Position numbers and translations under genes: made by a program. From NCBI RefSeq assembly GCF_964204865.1, contig NC_135250.1, positions 9,238,001 to 9,302,000 on the forward strand: a stretch of DNA of 64,000 bases. The letters are read 5' to 3'. The notes under the pieces were generated by a model. The model worked only from the letters and a program-made list of their open reading frames with translations. It ran no database searches and was not told the DNA's origin. Positions 1 to 12,400 of this stretch are shown in pieces. The DNA is from Styela clava. Taxonomy: Eukaryota. Within the stretch, counting starts at the first letter, position 1. Every line of letters starts with the position of its first letter.

Positions 1-458
1 GTAAAAGGACTAAAACCTATGGGCAGGAGGGGATGATCATTGGGCTAAAACAGACCAAACTTGTAATAGAACCAAAATAAGGAAAATCAGAATAAAATTA
101 TGGCCTAACCCTAACCTGGTACACATAATACGGGAGTACCGAATAAAGTACCACACACCCTGAAATTAGACAAATCAACAGAACTCTTTTGATACCAAAG
201 TTCTCATACATATCAGAATATATAGTAGAAAAATGACTATTTGACCCATTTTTGTCATAAAATTATAGCAATTATTGATTACTGTACTTCAATTAACATA
301 ACTTATATTCCGCAAGAGCTGTATGTCATTCATTCATTTCGAAATCGTGTTTGTATTCCAAGAGCGAATTTCCCAAGTGAATATTTCCCAGAACCAATTT
401 TAGATCACTATAAACAAATTGTCACGATTGCAGATGTCATAAACCAAAATTGTCATAC

Positions 459-3400
459 CTCATTCATGGCATATTCTTCATTGTTCCCCTGTTTTCTTCT
501 TGGGAAAGTGCCACTTTCTACAGCATCGTCATATGGACGATTGTTCAGTGCTTTTTGGCTAAATTAAAAAAAGAATATGTATTTCTATAAATAATTTTAT
601 TTCCCATAGAACCAGTTGATGGATAATTCAAAATACCAGAATAGTAAACTAAACTCAAGCGATTTGAGTATCTACAAGAGCATCAACAATATTTGAGTAA
701 GTTCAGTTGGAGAAAATATTCAATTTGGAAATAGGCTTCAATAAAAATCCAGAAACCCAGCAGAAGTATCAGAAATACCAATGACCAAGGCAATTTGAAA
801 TTGGTTATTTTCAATAAAAGGAATTCCAGACATTAGAAATAGTTCAGAATAAATAAAATTTCAACTTCTGAATAGCTAAGAAAAATAGAAAATCAGTCGA
901 AATAATGTTAGTTTTAACTATTTTGCACCACTAAATTCAATTTCTATCTATTTACAATCAATTTGTGAACAGGATTGGATTTAGAATTTATTCGATTTTC
1001 AAAAATATTATTTTTTAGAATGTATTCCTAATCGTAAATTATTTTTATCCTAGCTAACCTTCTGGGAAGAGTGGCTGCAGTGACAGTTGGCACGAAGTGT
1101 GTTTTATTCCATCCATCCTTTTTATACATGGAATGCAGTTCTTTGATATCCCACAACACTTTCAGCACTTGACCGGCGGCTTTCACAACTCTTTGATGGT
1201 ACTTTCCATCCCTGAAAAATGTCACGCAACCATGAGGAAAATGAGTCATATCAGTTAATTTGAAAACTAGCGTAAAATATTCTTTGCCGAGCATGGTCAT
1301 TGATGGACCACGCCTCAGCGGCGTGATCCATCAATGGCCATGCTTGGCTATAGATGACTCTTCTCCGATCCTACCTTGAATTATTCACTGTCGTGATACG
1401 TTCGATTCCACCAGCTTCTCGTAAATGTCTAGCATTTGTGGCACTTCTCTCTACTATGACTCGTACTGTGTTGAGCACAGCGATATATGTCAGGTCTGAT
1501 AAAGCAGTTTGAGATTCTGTGCTTCCAGGCAATTTATATGCCAGATCTCTCATGGCATATTTTCCTGATAAGATAAAAAGATAAGAGTATGATAAGATAA
1601 GGTATGATTGAGGAATTCTCTGAAAAGCAAGAAAAAAAAGGCAAATTTGACAAAAGCAAACTTCTTGATAAACACTTTTCAGCATTTAAACTTTTTCAAA
1701 GAGAAGGAAATCTGTAGCAAATCTGTACATTATCTACCTTATCAGAGATTTGCGGTCATCGTTACACAATTTGGTACTCCTGAAGTATGCATACCAAGAT
1801 GGCGGACACCGGAACATAGTACTTATCCCAGGTTAGGGTTAAGCCATAATTTTAGATACAAATACTACGAAAGTCACTTGGCTAGTCCCGAACTTGTAAT
1901 AGAACTAAAATAAGGAAAATCGGAATCAAATTATGGCCTAACCCTAACCTCGTACACATACTACGTTCTGGTGTCGGCCATCTTGGTACGCATACTTCAG
2001 GAGCACCCACAATTTTCCAATTTACAACAGAATTATCATTTGTTGAGATATAAATAATAAGAACAAATAATTATTATTTAATCTTACCAATTAAATCTTT
2101 GTTTTTGTGGTCTTGTGCAAGATTAGTCAAAGCAATTGAAACAGCTCTTATAACTCTGTCATTATCAGTCCTCAGCCTGTCGACGAGGACTGGAAGTCCC
2201 TTTTCTTTACGAACTACAGCTCTAGCATAGAGGGCCCACTGAAATAAAAAACAACAACATTTGTTTACTATTCTATAAACAAGTAAATAAGAGAACAATT
2301 AACTGGGAAAGGAAGATAGGTGAAAGAGAGAAAGCAACTGAAATTTTGCCTGCATTCTAATAGTAAATATATTTAAATGGATTCTATTTTCCTTGAACAA
2401 GGAAGGTTTGGGAAAAAAGTTTATTTTGAGATATAGGTGGGTTTCTATCCAATTTTTTATTTTCACATTTCCTCCCTGAAAAAGGCACCATACCAGATAT
2501 GTGACTGCTACTGTTTTTCTGAAGTACCCAAATCTTTCCGATTTTGCATCGATATGAGGTTTAAATTGGGATCTGTATGAGACCAATACTTTAACGACAG
2601 GCCATCACCTCAATGATGAGTATAGCTGTGACATGGACAAACTGCAGCCCGTGGGCCAAATCCGGCCCGCCTGATGCTGCCACAACCAAACTAAAACCAA
2701 ATTTTGATGTTTTAGCTAAAAATAGCACAAGAAATTTAGTTGATATTGCGATTACATTTAGATTTTTTGCATGAGGCTTATTGTTTTCCACTTTTGCTTT
2801 TGTAACACTGTAAATATTGTTCATGAAATGTAAGTTTCTACGTCACACTTACATGGCTTGCCTGTCTAGGTGGGCAAAATTTAAAACCCATGGTCCAATA
2901 ATCTTGGCCTCCTCTGGTATAGCTATAGCACTGATCATAAGATAAGTGTGCTAATCCTCAAACTACTATACCACAATGTCAAAATTCATGTTAAGTTAGA
3001 ATAAAAGTAGACATTTCTTACCTGCCAATTTCCATGTGTTAAATTTTGAACAGCTCCAGCCGCCGCCTCCAATGTTTCTGGTTGATTTACACATGTGTTA
3101 AGAAGAGATAGATAGAGAGAAACAACATCAGGTTGCCATAATATTTCATGACCTCTTGCATTTGAATCAGCAGGCGGAATCTGATCAATGGTCTCTCCTT
3201 CTTCAGCTATGAAAATAATTAAGGTTTAGATTTGATTGCAAGATTTCAATTAGTCTAACTATAACCAAGTTGATTATTTTGATATTTCGAATTTAAGCAA
3301 ATCTAGAATAGTTTCATTTTGAATATCATCGTGTTATGAAATTCGAATCTCGCTGTAAAGCCAAAAAAGGGCCATCATCAAAATTCTGAATACTAAAAAA

Positions 3401-6400
3401 TGGTGAACCTATCGAATCAACGTTTATTAGAGTTCACATTCATTGAAAATGAATTGGCTTCGCGTGTTCTCACTTGAACATGACCCAATTTAGAAAATTA
3501 CATTATTTCATGTTTGAAAATATAATTTTAAAATGTATTCCGGATGGTACATAAATACAGTTTTGGCCATCCCTGCGATGGATATTAAAATGATTTTTGA
3601 TGGGGATACAAACAATAAAAGCTGAAGTGAGACATTCTCCATATAAATAGTATGGGCATTATATAATACTTTGTAAATCATCCTAAAATACCAATATGGA
3701 GTAAAGTTAATTGATAGATACTTAATTCGACAATTTTCCTAAGTCACATATATAATGGTGATTTTTGAATAAGTTTTACTTTTTTCTTAGCTAAAGTCCT
3801 TATTTTTTTATACTTTAGCATAGCAAGCTCTACATACTCCACTTTTATTTAGAATCTCGTTCAATTTCACACTGGCATTCTAGATTTCAGTTTTAAAAAA
3901 AAATTATATTTATCATTTTATACAAATATTTGAATATCCAATACCTTTTGATTTCTTTTTTCCAAAACAAGAAACGTCCGCCTGTTCAGGTTCTTTTGTT
4001 TCATCTTCAATTTTATATTGTTCTGCACCGGGTGCTTCAATGTATAACTGAAAGCTCAGATTTCTCAGAATGCAAGCACTGTTTTCAGTGCCCTGAAACA
4101 AATTATATGAAAATTCTATAATGCCATTGAAATGTATATTTTGTTTATATTTAACGTATTTAAAAATCTTTTGCTCTAAACGAGGCTCTGTAGTAGCTGC
4201 CACTGCTAGGTAATGACATAATATAGTTTGGAAGGATCAGAATCTTTTCGGTTAAGCATTACCACACCCAGGGGTAGGTAGGTAGGTGACTGGGCAACTG
4301 CACCCACGAACGAGTGTTTAAAAAATGGAGAGTGTTTGTGTATTCTAATTGAAGCTTAAAATAGCGGCATCAGCAAAAAATGAGTTGTGGAATTCGTTAT
4401 TCGACTTTGACTGAGTTATAACTAGTTATCAGTATTAATTAAATTGAGAAAATTTTCAACAGAGTGCTATGCACATGGGCAGAGAAAAAGAAGATGGGAG
4501 TTATATATGAAAAACATTTCAGCTTCCAATTTCAATTTTCTGCTTCACAGGGATATTTCAGTCTAACCAATTCAACTAGAAATGATATAATTAAATTACT
4601 GGAAATAACAACAATTTTTCTACCTTGTTAGCGGTCTCTTCTTTTTCGATGTTCATTCTCAAATAATAAACAATGGCATCGATCAAATCATCGCACCCTC
4701 TCAAACGCTTTCTGTATTCAGGGCTGTTGTGTGAACTTAAATTCCTGAAAATTTATTCGGAACACTAATAACTACAACTAACCCTAGTAAGTCATAGACT
4801 CATGGTTGGCACACCATGTCAAGTGTTAGGCACATTGGTGCTCATATGGTACATAAGCCTCGTGCCAAAACTAAATTCAATCGCAATTTCACCAAATTCC
4901 TCGAGGTATTTTTTTATTGAAAAATATCAAAATTTGGTTTTAGTTTGGTGGTGGCTGCATTAGACGCGCCAGATTGAATTACCCAACGGGCCGGATTTGG
5001 CCCGAGGGCCGTAGTTTGGCCATAGGATAGCACAAGATATATTTCATTTTTATGATTATTTGCATATTGTCATTAAATCCAGCTAAACAAGAAAAATTTT
5101 GACTTGATCGACTGACTATTCTTATACCCAAAAGCTTACCTGATAATTCCGAGAGCATTGGTGAGAATATCTGGTAAATCAACTTTCTTTGGTTTAGTGC
5201 TTTGTTGTTCCTGCCATCCAGAATATGGAATGATAACAAAGGTTGCCAGTGGTTCCATGGCCAATTCTAAAATTTGTCCCTTCAGGTCCTTGTGCGCAGA
5301 TAAATTCCATAATGTACCTGGAAAGTGTGGAAGATAGAAACTTGATAATGTAGAGTAAGATTCATAGAATAGAGAATTTCAGAAAGGAAACTGGTTGAAG
5401 GATGGGTTAGCAGTTGCTGCATCAGACCTAATTAGTTTGGTGATTTATTGTTTATCTCTCTACATATCACCGCTCAGGTAGTCTCGGGTTCAAGTCTAAC
5501 TACCACCATTGCACCAAGTTGTAAGCAATGCTGAATTGAAAAGATCCCGCTCCTTCCCAAAATGGTAGCGACTTATTAAATAACTTTAGGAATCAGTGAC
5601 TGTTAGTACAAGGCCCTGTATGGAGCAGAATGTGCAATCGTTATGCAAACAAAAAAGAGATGCATAACAATTTGAGCCCATTATGCAGAAAAATCATTTC
5701 AAGAGAGTTTATAAATACAATACTGCTGTGAGGTGTTACGTAAATGCAGAAAAAGGCTAGTAATGTTCAATTTATATGAGCATAGAATTGTAGGACTGTA
5801 CACTTTAACTTTACAGAAGTAGACATACCAGTCGCTTGTTCTTTGACATCAGGGTCCTTGCATTCTCTTACAACTCTGACGAGAGCGGGTACTCCCTCGC
5901 ACGTTTTTATAGCAATTTTGTTGTCGTTGTTTTGCGGGCCGTAACACAAGTTACGCAGAGCTCCGCAAGCGTTCAGTTGTACTTTTGGGTTGGCATGATC
6001 GAGAAGTCTCACGAGAGGTGGAATACCATCTGAAAAAATATTGTACTATTAGAAAAAAGTGTAATAAATTGAGTAGCCAATACAAAACCAGAAAAATAAG
6101 CAATGTTGAATTGAAAAGATCCCGCTCCTTCCAAAAATAGGAGCTCGTTAGATATCCATGGCTGATCATACAAGGCTTGTTCGATGCAAGAGAAGTGAAT
6201 GAGAATCGCATAAACAAATTTGAGAATTTAACAAGATCTAACCATCTCGGCTCACATACCAGATTCTACTAAAATAAAAAAAATATCCTCGACTCCTTAC
6301 CCAGCCTCCTGACATTAGCCTTGATGTTATTATCATTGAAGCAAAGATGTTGAAGATAGGCTGCTGCATTCAATTGCACGACGTCTATTGGGTAGCTCAA

Positions 6401-9400
6401 CATTCTGATGACTTCTTTCAATTCTGGTCTTCTCCAGTCCGAGGGGTGGCCCAACCTAAACAAAACACAGTTACAGGTATAACAGAAATATCTGAGAATT
6501 TGGTTGGAAAAAATACAAAATTGATAGTATTGAGAAATAAAGTAATTTTATACTATCATTCAAGGCATGACTTTTTTTTTTCTATGATTCACCTTAATAT
6601 TATATCACTGAGCATAAGCAATAAATAGTTAACAAACCTGTCTAAGCTTGCTTGACTTCCAGTTTCCATTTCTGCACGTGGAGCTCGTGGTGGATTTCTT
6701 GGGGCGGCAATCGGAGTCTCATTTCGCAGTTCAGCCGCTGGATCATATCTTGGTGATTGTCTAACATAGAATTGAAAAAAAAAAACAATAAACAATATAA
6801 TAATGGTCCTATACCTGTGACTTGGGGTACTCAATAATTACCAAAATAAGCAAACATTTGTATTTCACCAAAGGTGGAATTCTTTAGTCTCATAATATTT
6901 TACAGGTAAATAATGGTAGGCAAAGATTAGGTAGAAATATTTATTTTATATATGTGATATTGAAAAATGAATAGTTTTTTTTGAATGAATATTATAAACA
7001 ATATAAATAACGGCCCCATACCTGAGCCCTGGGGTACTCAATTATTTTTAAACAAAAATTCATACATCAACAATATAATAATAGACCCATACCTGTGCCT
7101 TGGGGTACTAGAGCGTGATGATTCGCCATCATAATCTCTTCTGCCCACTGGATCGAGACCATAGCCATCATTGTCATCTTCGTAGTCACTTCGCCTGAGA
7201 AAATGAAACTCAATCCATCAAATTTTGTAGTAGTAGTAGTATGTCAATTTTTAATATATACTGTTATTATTCATGTGGTCGCTCAAGCATGAACACCTTT
7301 ATTTAGTCACAAAAAGAGCAAAGCATCTTTCTCCTAACTTTTTGACACAGCACAGTCTAACAATTGATATCGCCTTCCTGATGAAATAAGGGTGATTTCT
7401 ACCTCTACCAATACATGGACATATTGACAATAGGCAAATAAATGTCTGACATTATAGCAAAAGTGATGGCCCATGTATTGAGCTTTTGAATTAAATTATC
7501 CCTCATTCTTTAGTTCTTTAGCGAAGTGAGAAGTGAAGAATAAATATTCGCTCAATAGTAGCTCATTAAATCTCACTCAAGCATGACACGACAAAATTCG
7601 AGCTGACTGCGGTACAATAATTAATAGTTAATTTGTTACTAATTAGAAAACAGCATGGAGGTAAATCACAAACAGCCTATCAGTTCGAACATAAATTGGC
7701 AACGCTCTCATATTAAAAATCAGGGATATTTAAAAGAAATAGAATATTATGAAAATATTTCTAGATTTTTGTATTTTAGGAATTTGGCATACGATGGTCA
7801 GAAGAAAAAAAATCGCCTTCATGGCTGCATCTAACTAACCTCTGACACAGTAAAAAACTCAAATTCCTCAAATTTCAATAAAAATAGTGACCTTGTGCAA
7901 AAAAAAATGATCAGGGTTTGAACTTGCCATTCAAAATATATACATCAGAGCTCTAATACAGTGATGGGCAATTACTTTTCTGAGTGGGCCAGATACAAAA
8001 AATAGACTTGGTTACTGGACCAGATGCTCCTAACTCAATATGAAAAACTATAAATAGAAAACAGTTTATTTACAAAAGCTAGTCAAACTATTAATTATAT
8101 AATAATAAGCACAATGTAATAAGTAATAACTGGGGTCATCATGTTATTCTGTATCAATATTCTCAATGCAGATTTATATCCATAAAAACTATAGTCGTAA
8201 TTTTAGCAGGAACAAGTGCATGTTATTCTGTATCAATATTCTCAATGCAGATTTATATCCATAAAAACTATAGTGTAATTTTAGCAGGAACAAGTGAGCC
8301 GGATGAAACACTTCATTGGGCTGACCCCGGCCCGCTGGCCGTAATTCGCACGCCTCTGCTCTAATAAACTCCTCGTCAGCAATCCCAAAGAGAGGTTTGA
8401 TTGCCCATTATTGTAAAAATATGATAAACACAGTTTTTACATAATATCCTACATTTAAAAAAAAAAATTCTACCTACTACAACCATTTAGAAAATCATAC
8501 AGTATGATTCCCATAACGATTAAGATTCTAAAATATAATCACAACATGATAAAGAGATTCTACCTTTCATCTTCAAGGCCATATTCTTCAGGCTGGAATT
8601 TTTCAGGAGTCAGTTGTCTCGGTTCATCTCTCTGGTCATAATTATTCTCCATGTGACGAGTGTAACCGACAGGAGCATCGTGGCTACCAGGTCGAAGGTC
8701 ACTGTTGGAACTACTCTCTGAAGAAGGCCTGTAATAGAGTAATTCCAAATTAAGTAAAGTTTTACACAAACAGAATATAAGTTGGACACCAAGTAAAGTT
8801 TTGATTAAATCTTTATGCAGGCCCAAATAGAGAGATCGGGAACCAAGACCTATAAAAAAATAAGTATAGCAACAGATTTCAACTTCCAACTGGAATCTAT
8901 GAGCAATGTAAACTCTTCAATATATTAAGAATGGAAAAATCAATTCCCAGTTTCGATTTTATTATATGACGAAGATAAACACGAATAAATCTGGTCTCAG
9001 TGGTCGAACGGCCATGAACTGCACATAGTGAACCTGCCGGTTTAAAAGCTCAGCAGAAAAAAATAGCTTTGGTTTACTTTATGTATAACATTTCATGATA
9101 AAAAGCTAGAAAAGACAGTTCTTACTCTTTCAACAGCCTTGATTCTTCATTTGTTGGACTTCTATGATTTCTATCAGAATATGTTGGACTTTGCTGTGAT
9201 CTATAAGAGTCCTGTGGCCTGAAAAAAGAAAGATATATATCAATTATTGTACAAGAAAAATGAATGAGAGCTATACCTACCATTAAGGGATAAAACAAAA
9301 ATGATATTCTTAGAATCATAGTAAAAAATTGGAGTGAGTGGGTGAAATTTTACAGAATAAATCCTATTTAATCAACCCATAGGTTATTCTGTAAAATATT

Positions 9401-12400
9401 AATATACATTAGGTCTATTAATCTCAAATCTAAGGGTTACCTTGACAAGTCGCTTCTAGGTAAACTTCCATGTTCGTAATCTTCTATTTGTCTTGTTGTA
9501 TGTGTTGTTACTGTCTTTGTCACTGTCTTTTTCTAGAGAACGGATAAAGCCATTGATGAAAGTTACAAAACATGCTTAAAAATGGCACTTTATTCTTTTT
9601 CAAAGTTATTGAAGTACACATCTTTTTTGTTCTGAACTTTTTCGGACATTGCGGTGTCTATATAAGTCGTTTTATCTTCATGTGCATATATTTGAGCACT
9701 GTTGTCTTGCTATATCGTCTAATCAATTTTACGCAAAATACAGCAACAATGACAGGCAACATCCACAAACCATATCATATATTTTCCTACCGTTATAGTT
9801 CTTTCAACTCCATCATCTCCGACGACAGTCTCTGTTGTGATGAGGGGATCTTGATAGGCTTCTCTGGTTTGTGTTCGTTCTGACACATAACTGTCGCCAT
9901 TCGGGCTATAATATGCATCCGCATTCATACTGTTTCCACTCCTGTTATCTGTGGGTTCCTATGAATAGTATAACCATAGGTTAAAGGTGCTTTATGAAGC
10001 AAACCTATGCAAGCTTATTAAATGTTAATAGTATTAAAAAATTTACTCTCAGCAGACAGCAGCATAGAATTTTTTGATATTATAACATTGAAAAAAAGTG
10101 ACAAACGAGAGTTGTATAGCATTTTTGTAAAGATTTATCTCTTTTCATTAATAAGGAAGAAGCAGTACTGAAATTATGATTAACACTACCGTATTTTAAA
10201 ATAGAGCTTTTAGAATACCAATGAACATTGGAATCCTAGTTTGTGAATGAATTAAGCTGTGTTACTTACGTTGTGAAATACTTGTAATGTGTTGTCAACT
10301 AACTTTGGTTGAGAATGTATCGTCCCATCAATATCTTCAGTTATTTGGGAGGCACTCTGAAAAGTGAGAATACTAGTAATTAGACACACCAGCATACGCA
10401 AAGAGGCATGTGTCAGTGGTTAAATGTAAAGACCTTATTGATATTCCATATTTTGACAAAGTACTATTTTCCAACATTAACATTTGGTCATTAGATTAGT
10501 TCATTGAGAATAGAGATTTAAATATTGATCCGTCCTAATACTGGTTAAGAATCTTGCTTACAATGTATGATATATTAGGAAGTATTATTAGGTTTTAAAG
10601 ATCAATAAGGATGTGCTTTTGAATACACATCTGATGTACTACAAGAACATATTTTGTCGAAAATTTCTAAACGATTATTTTATTTATTGGATGTGCTACT
10701 ATTATCTAGTTAATTCTTCTCAAATTATTCGGAAAATGTTCAAACAATTCAAGAAACTTAAATAGGGTTTATGATGCATAAATAACAGATACAGCAAATG
10801 ATGACGCATGGTCTACCAAGCATGGCTTGTTTAAATAGCAGTGAAAAGAAATTAATATTAAATACATTCATATTACCAAATTTATTTATACAAGACAATT
10901 GATCCGATTATTATAAAGCCACATTGAGTATTTATTGCAGAGAGAAAAAATTTCCCACGCAAAATCCAACTAGTACAGTATCAAAAATTTTAGAAGGCCT
11001 ATTGCACTTTGTCGTAAAATAGTTTTCACCATAAACAATTGCAATATAATTCTGCCCTCAGGGCTACTTTTTTACTATGACAAGCTTAGTGATAATTAGA
11101 AGCATCATCATCAATATGACCAAATAAGGCAACATCCATATTATATGACTCATTAAGGATGGGCCAAAGTTGATCAGAGTTTAATATACATTATCTTTGG
11201 CCTGATATAAATAATTGATAAATACTAAAGAGAACTGAGGTTCGATTATCAACATGGAAATTAGATCTCACTCATTGTGTAGTGTTCCCTTTCAAACTTT
11301 ACACAACAAGACATGGCCCTGATAAAATTCTCATTTTGTCTATCATTTTATAGACATACCAAACATGATACGGTTACAAGATTGAATTGAACAAATCTCA
11401 AGTAAAAATATAGAGGATCGAAAAACAATGAATTCGAACTAAATGCGCGATTCAATGTAACGAATTTACGAGAAGAGAAGATATACTGTTTCCAAGTCAG
11501 TGCTGAACACTGTACAAGATATCAATTTCATTGACGGTATACTAGAGAAGGGTACTATACAGTTACCTATGGAAATGAAGCAAGAGTGTTCTGTACAAAT
11601 GATTGAGCATTTTGTATTACCCCTTCAAAACTATGAACAGCAGATATGGAAAAACTATACAGATAAAATGATATGATGCAGTACTGCATTATATGGATAA
11701 GAATTCCAACCTTCAATAATATCACAAAATAAGATTGTCTTTTCCCAGTAAATTTTCTGGATCAATTTTTATATCTGCAATATTCTCCAAATATCATTTC
11801 AAAAAGGGAGTTATTTGTGAGATATATTTTATACTAAAACTTAAAAACCACAGTAAAAAATGCCAGCAATGTAGTCAAAACAATTGTAGTATTCCCAAAA
11901 CATCACATGCCAAAACTGACTCATTATGGCATGGTTCAAATGGGTACACATCAATACAATTATATTCCAGTCTTACTCCCAAATATGAACAATTGATATC
12001 TTGCTCTTTTCTCTCAAAATATTTGCTACCGTATAAAGAAGACAGTTCGTGCTCGAAATAGTCTCAATATATTGATGAAGTGGTATTTTCAATAAATATT
12101 TAATGCGGACGAGCGAAATGTGTTTATTCAAAGGCTACACATATTTTAAATATGACATAATGTAATGATTCTTCAGCTTTGAAAGTATCACAGTAATTAT
12201 GTGAAGTCAAGAATATTGCAAATTTTGCTTATTCGAACAGATTCTTAATAAGATATTACATTCAGTATTTCCTATCACCCCATTCATAAAATTTATCATA
12301 AGAAAAATACAAAGAAAGTCAGTATACAAAACACGAAATCTATAATACAATGGCGTCTTGTAGTAACCGCTATCAATTGTTTACACGAAAGTTACAAAAA

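Noticed and set aside
241-567. This + strand ORF and most other short ORFs in the supplied track
   Set aside because: They are antisense or off-frame to real exons, intron read-through, or repeat-derived, with no coherent products.
1830-1950. Telomere-like GGTTAGGGTTA / TAACCCTAACC
   Set aside because: Only 1-2 units, lying inside MITE terminal repeats; not an interstitial telomere.
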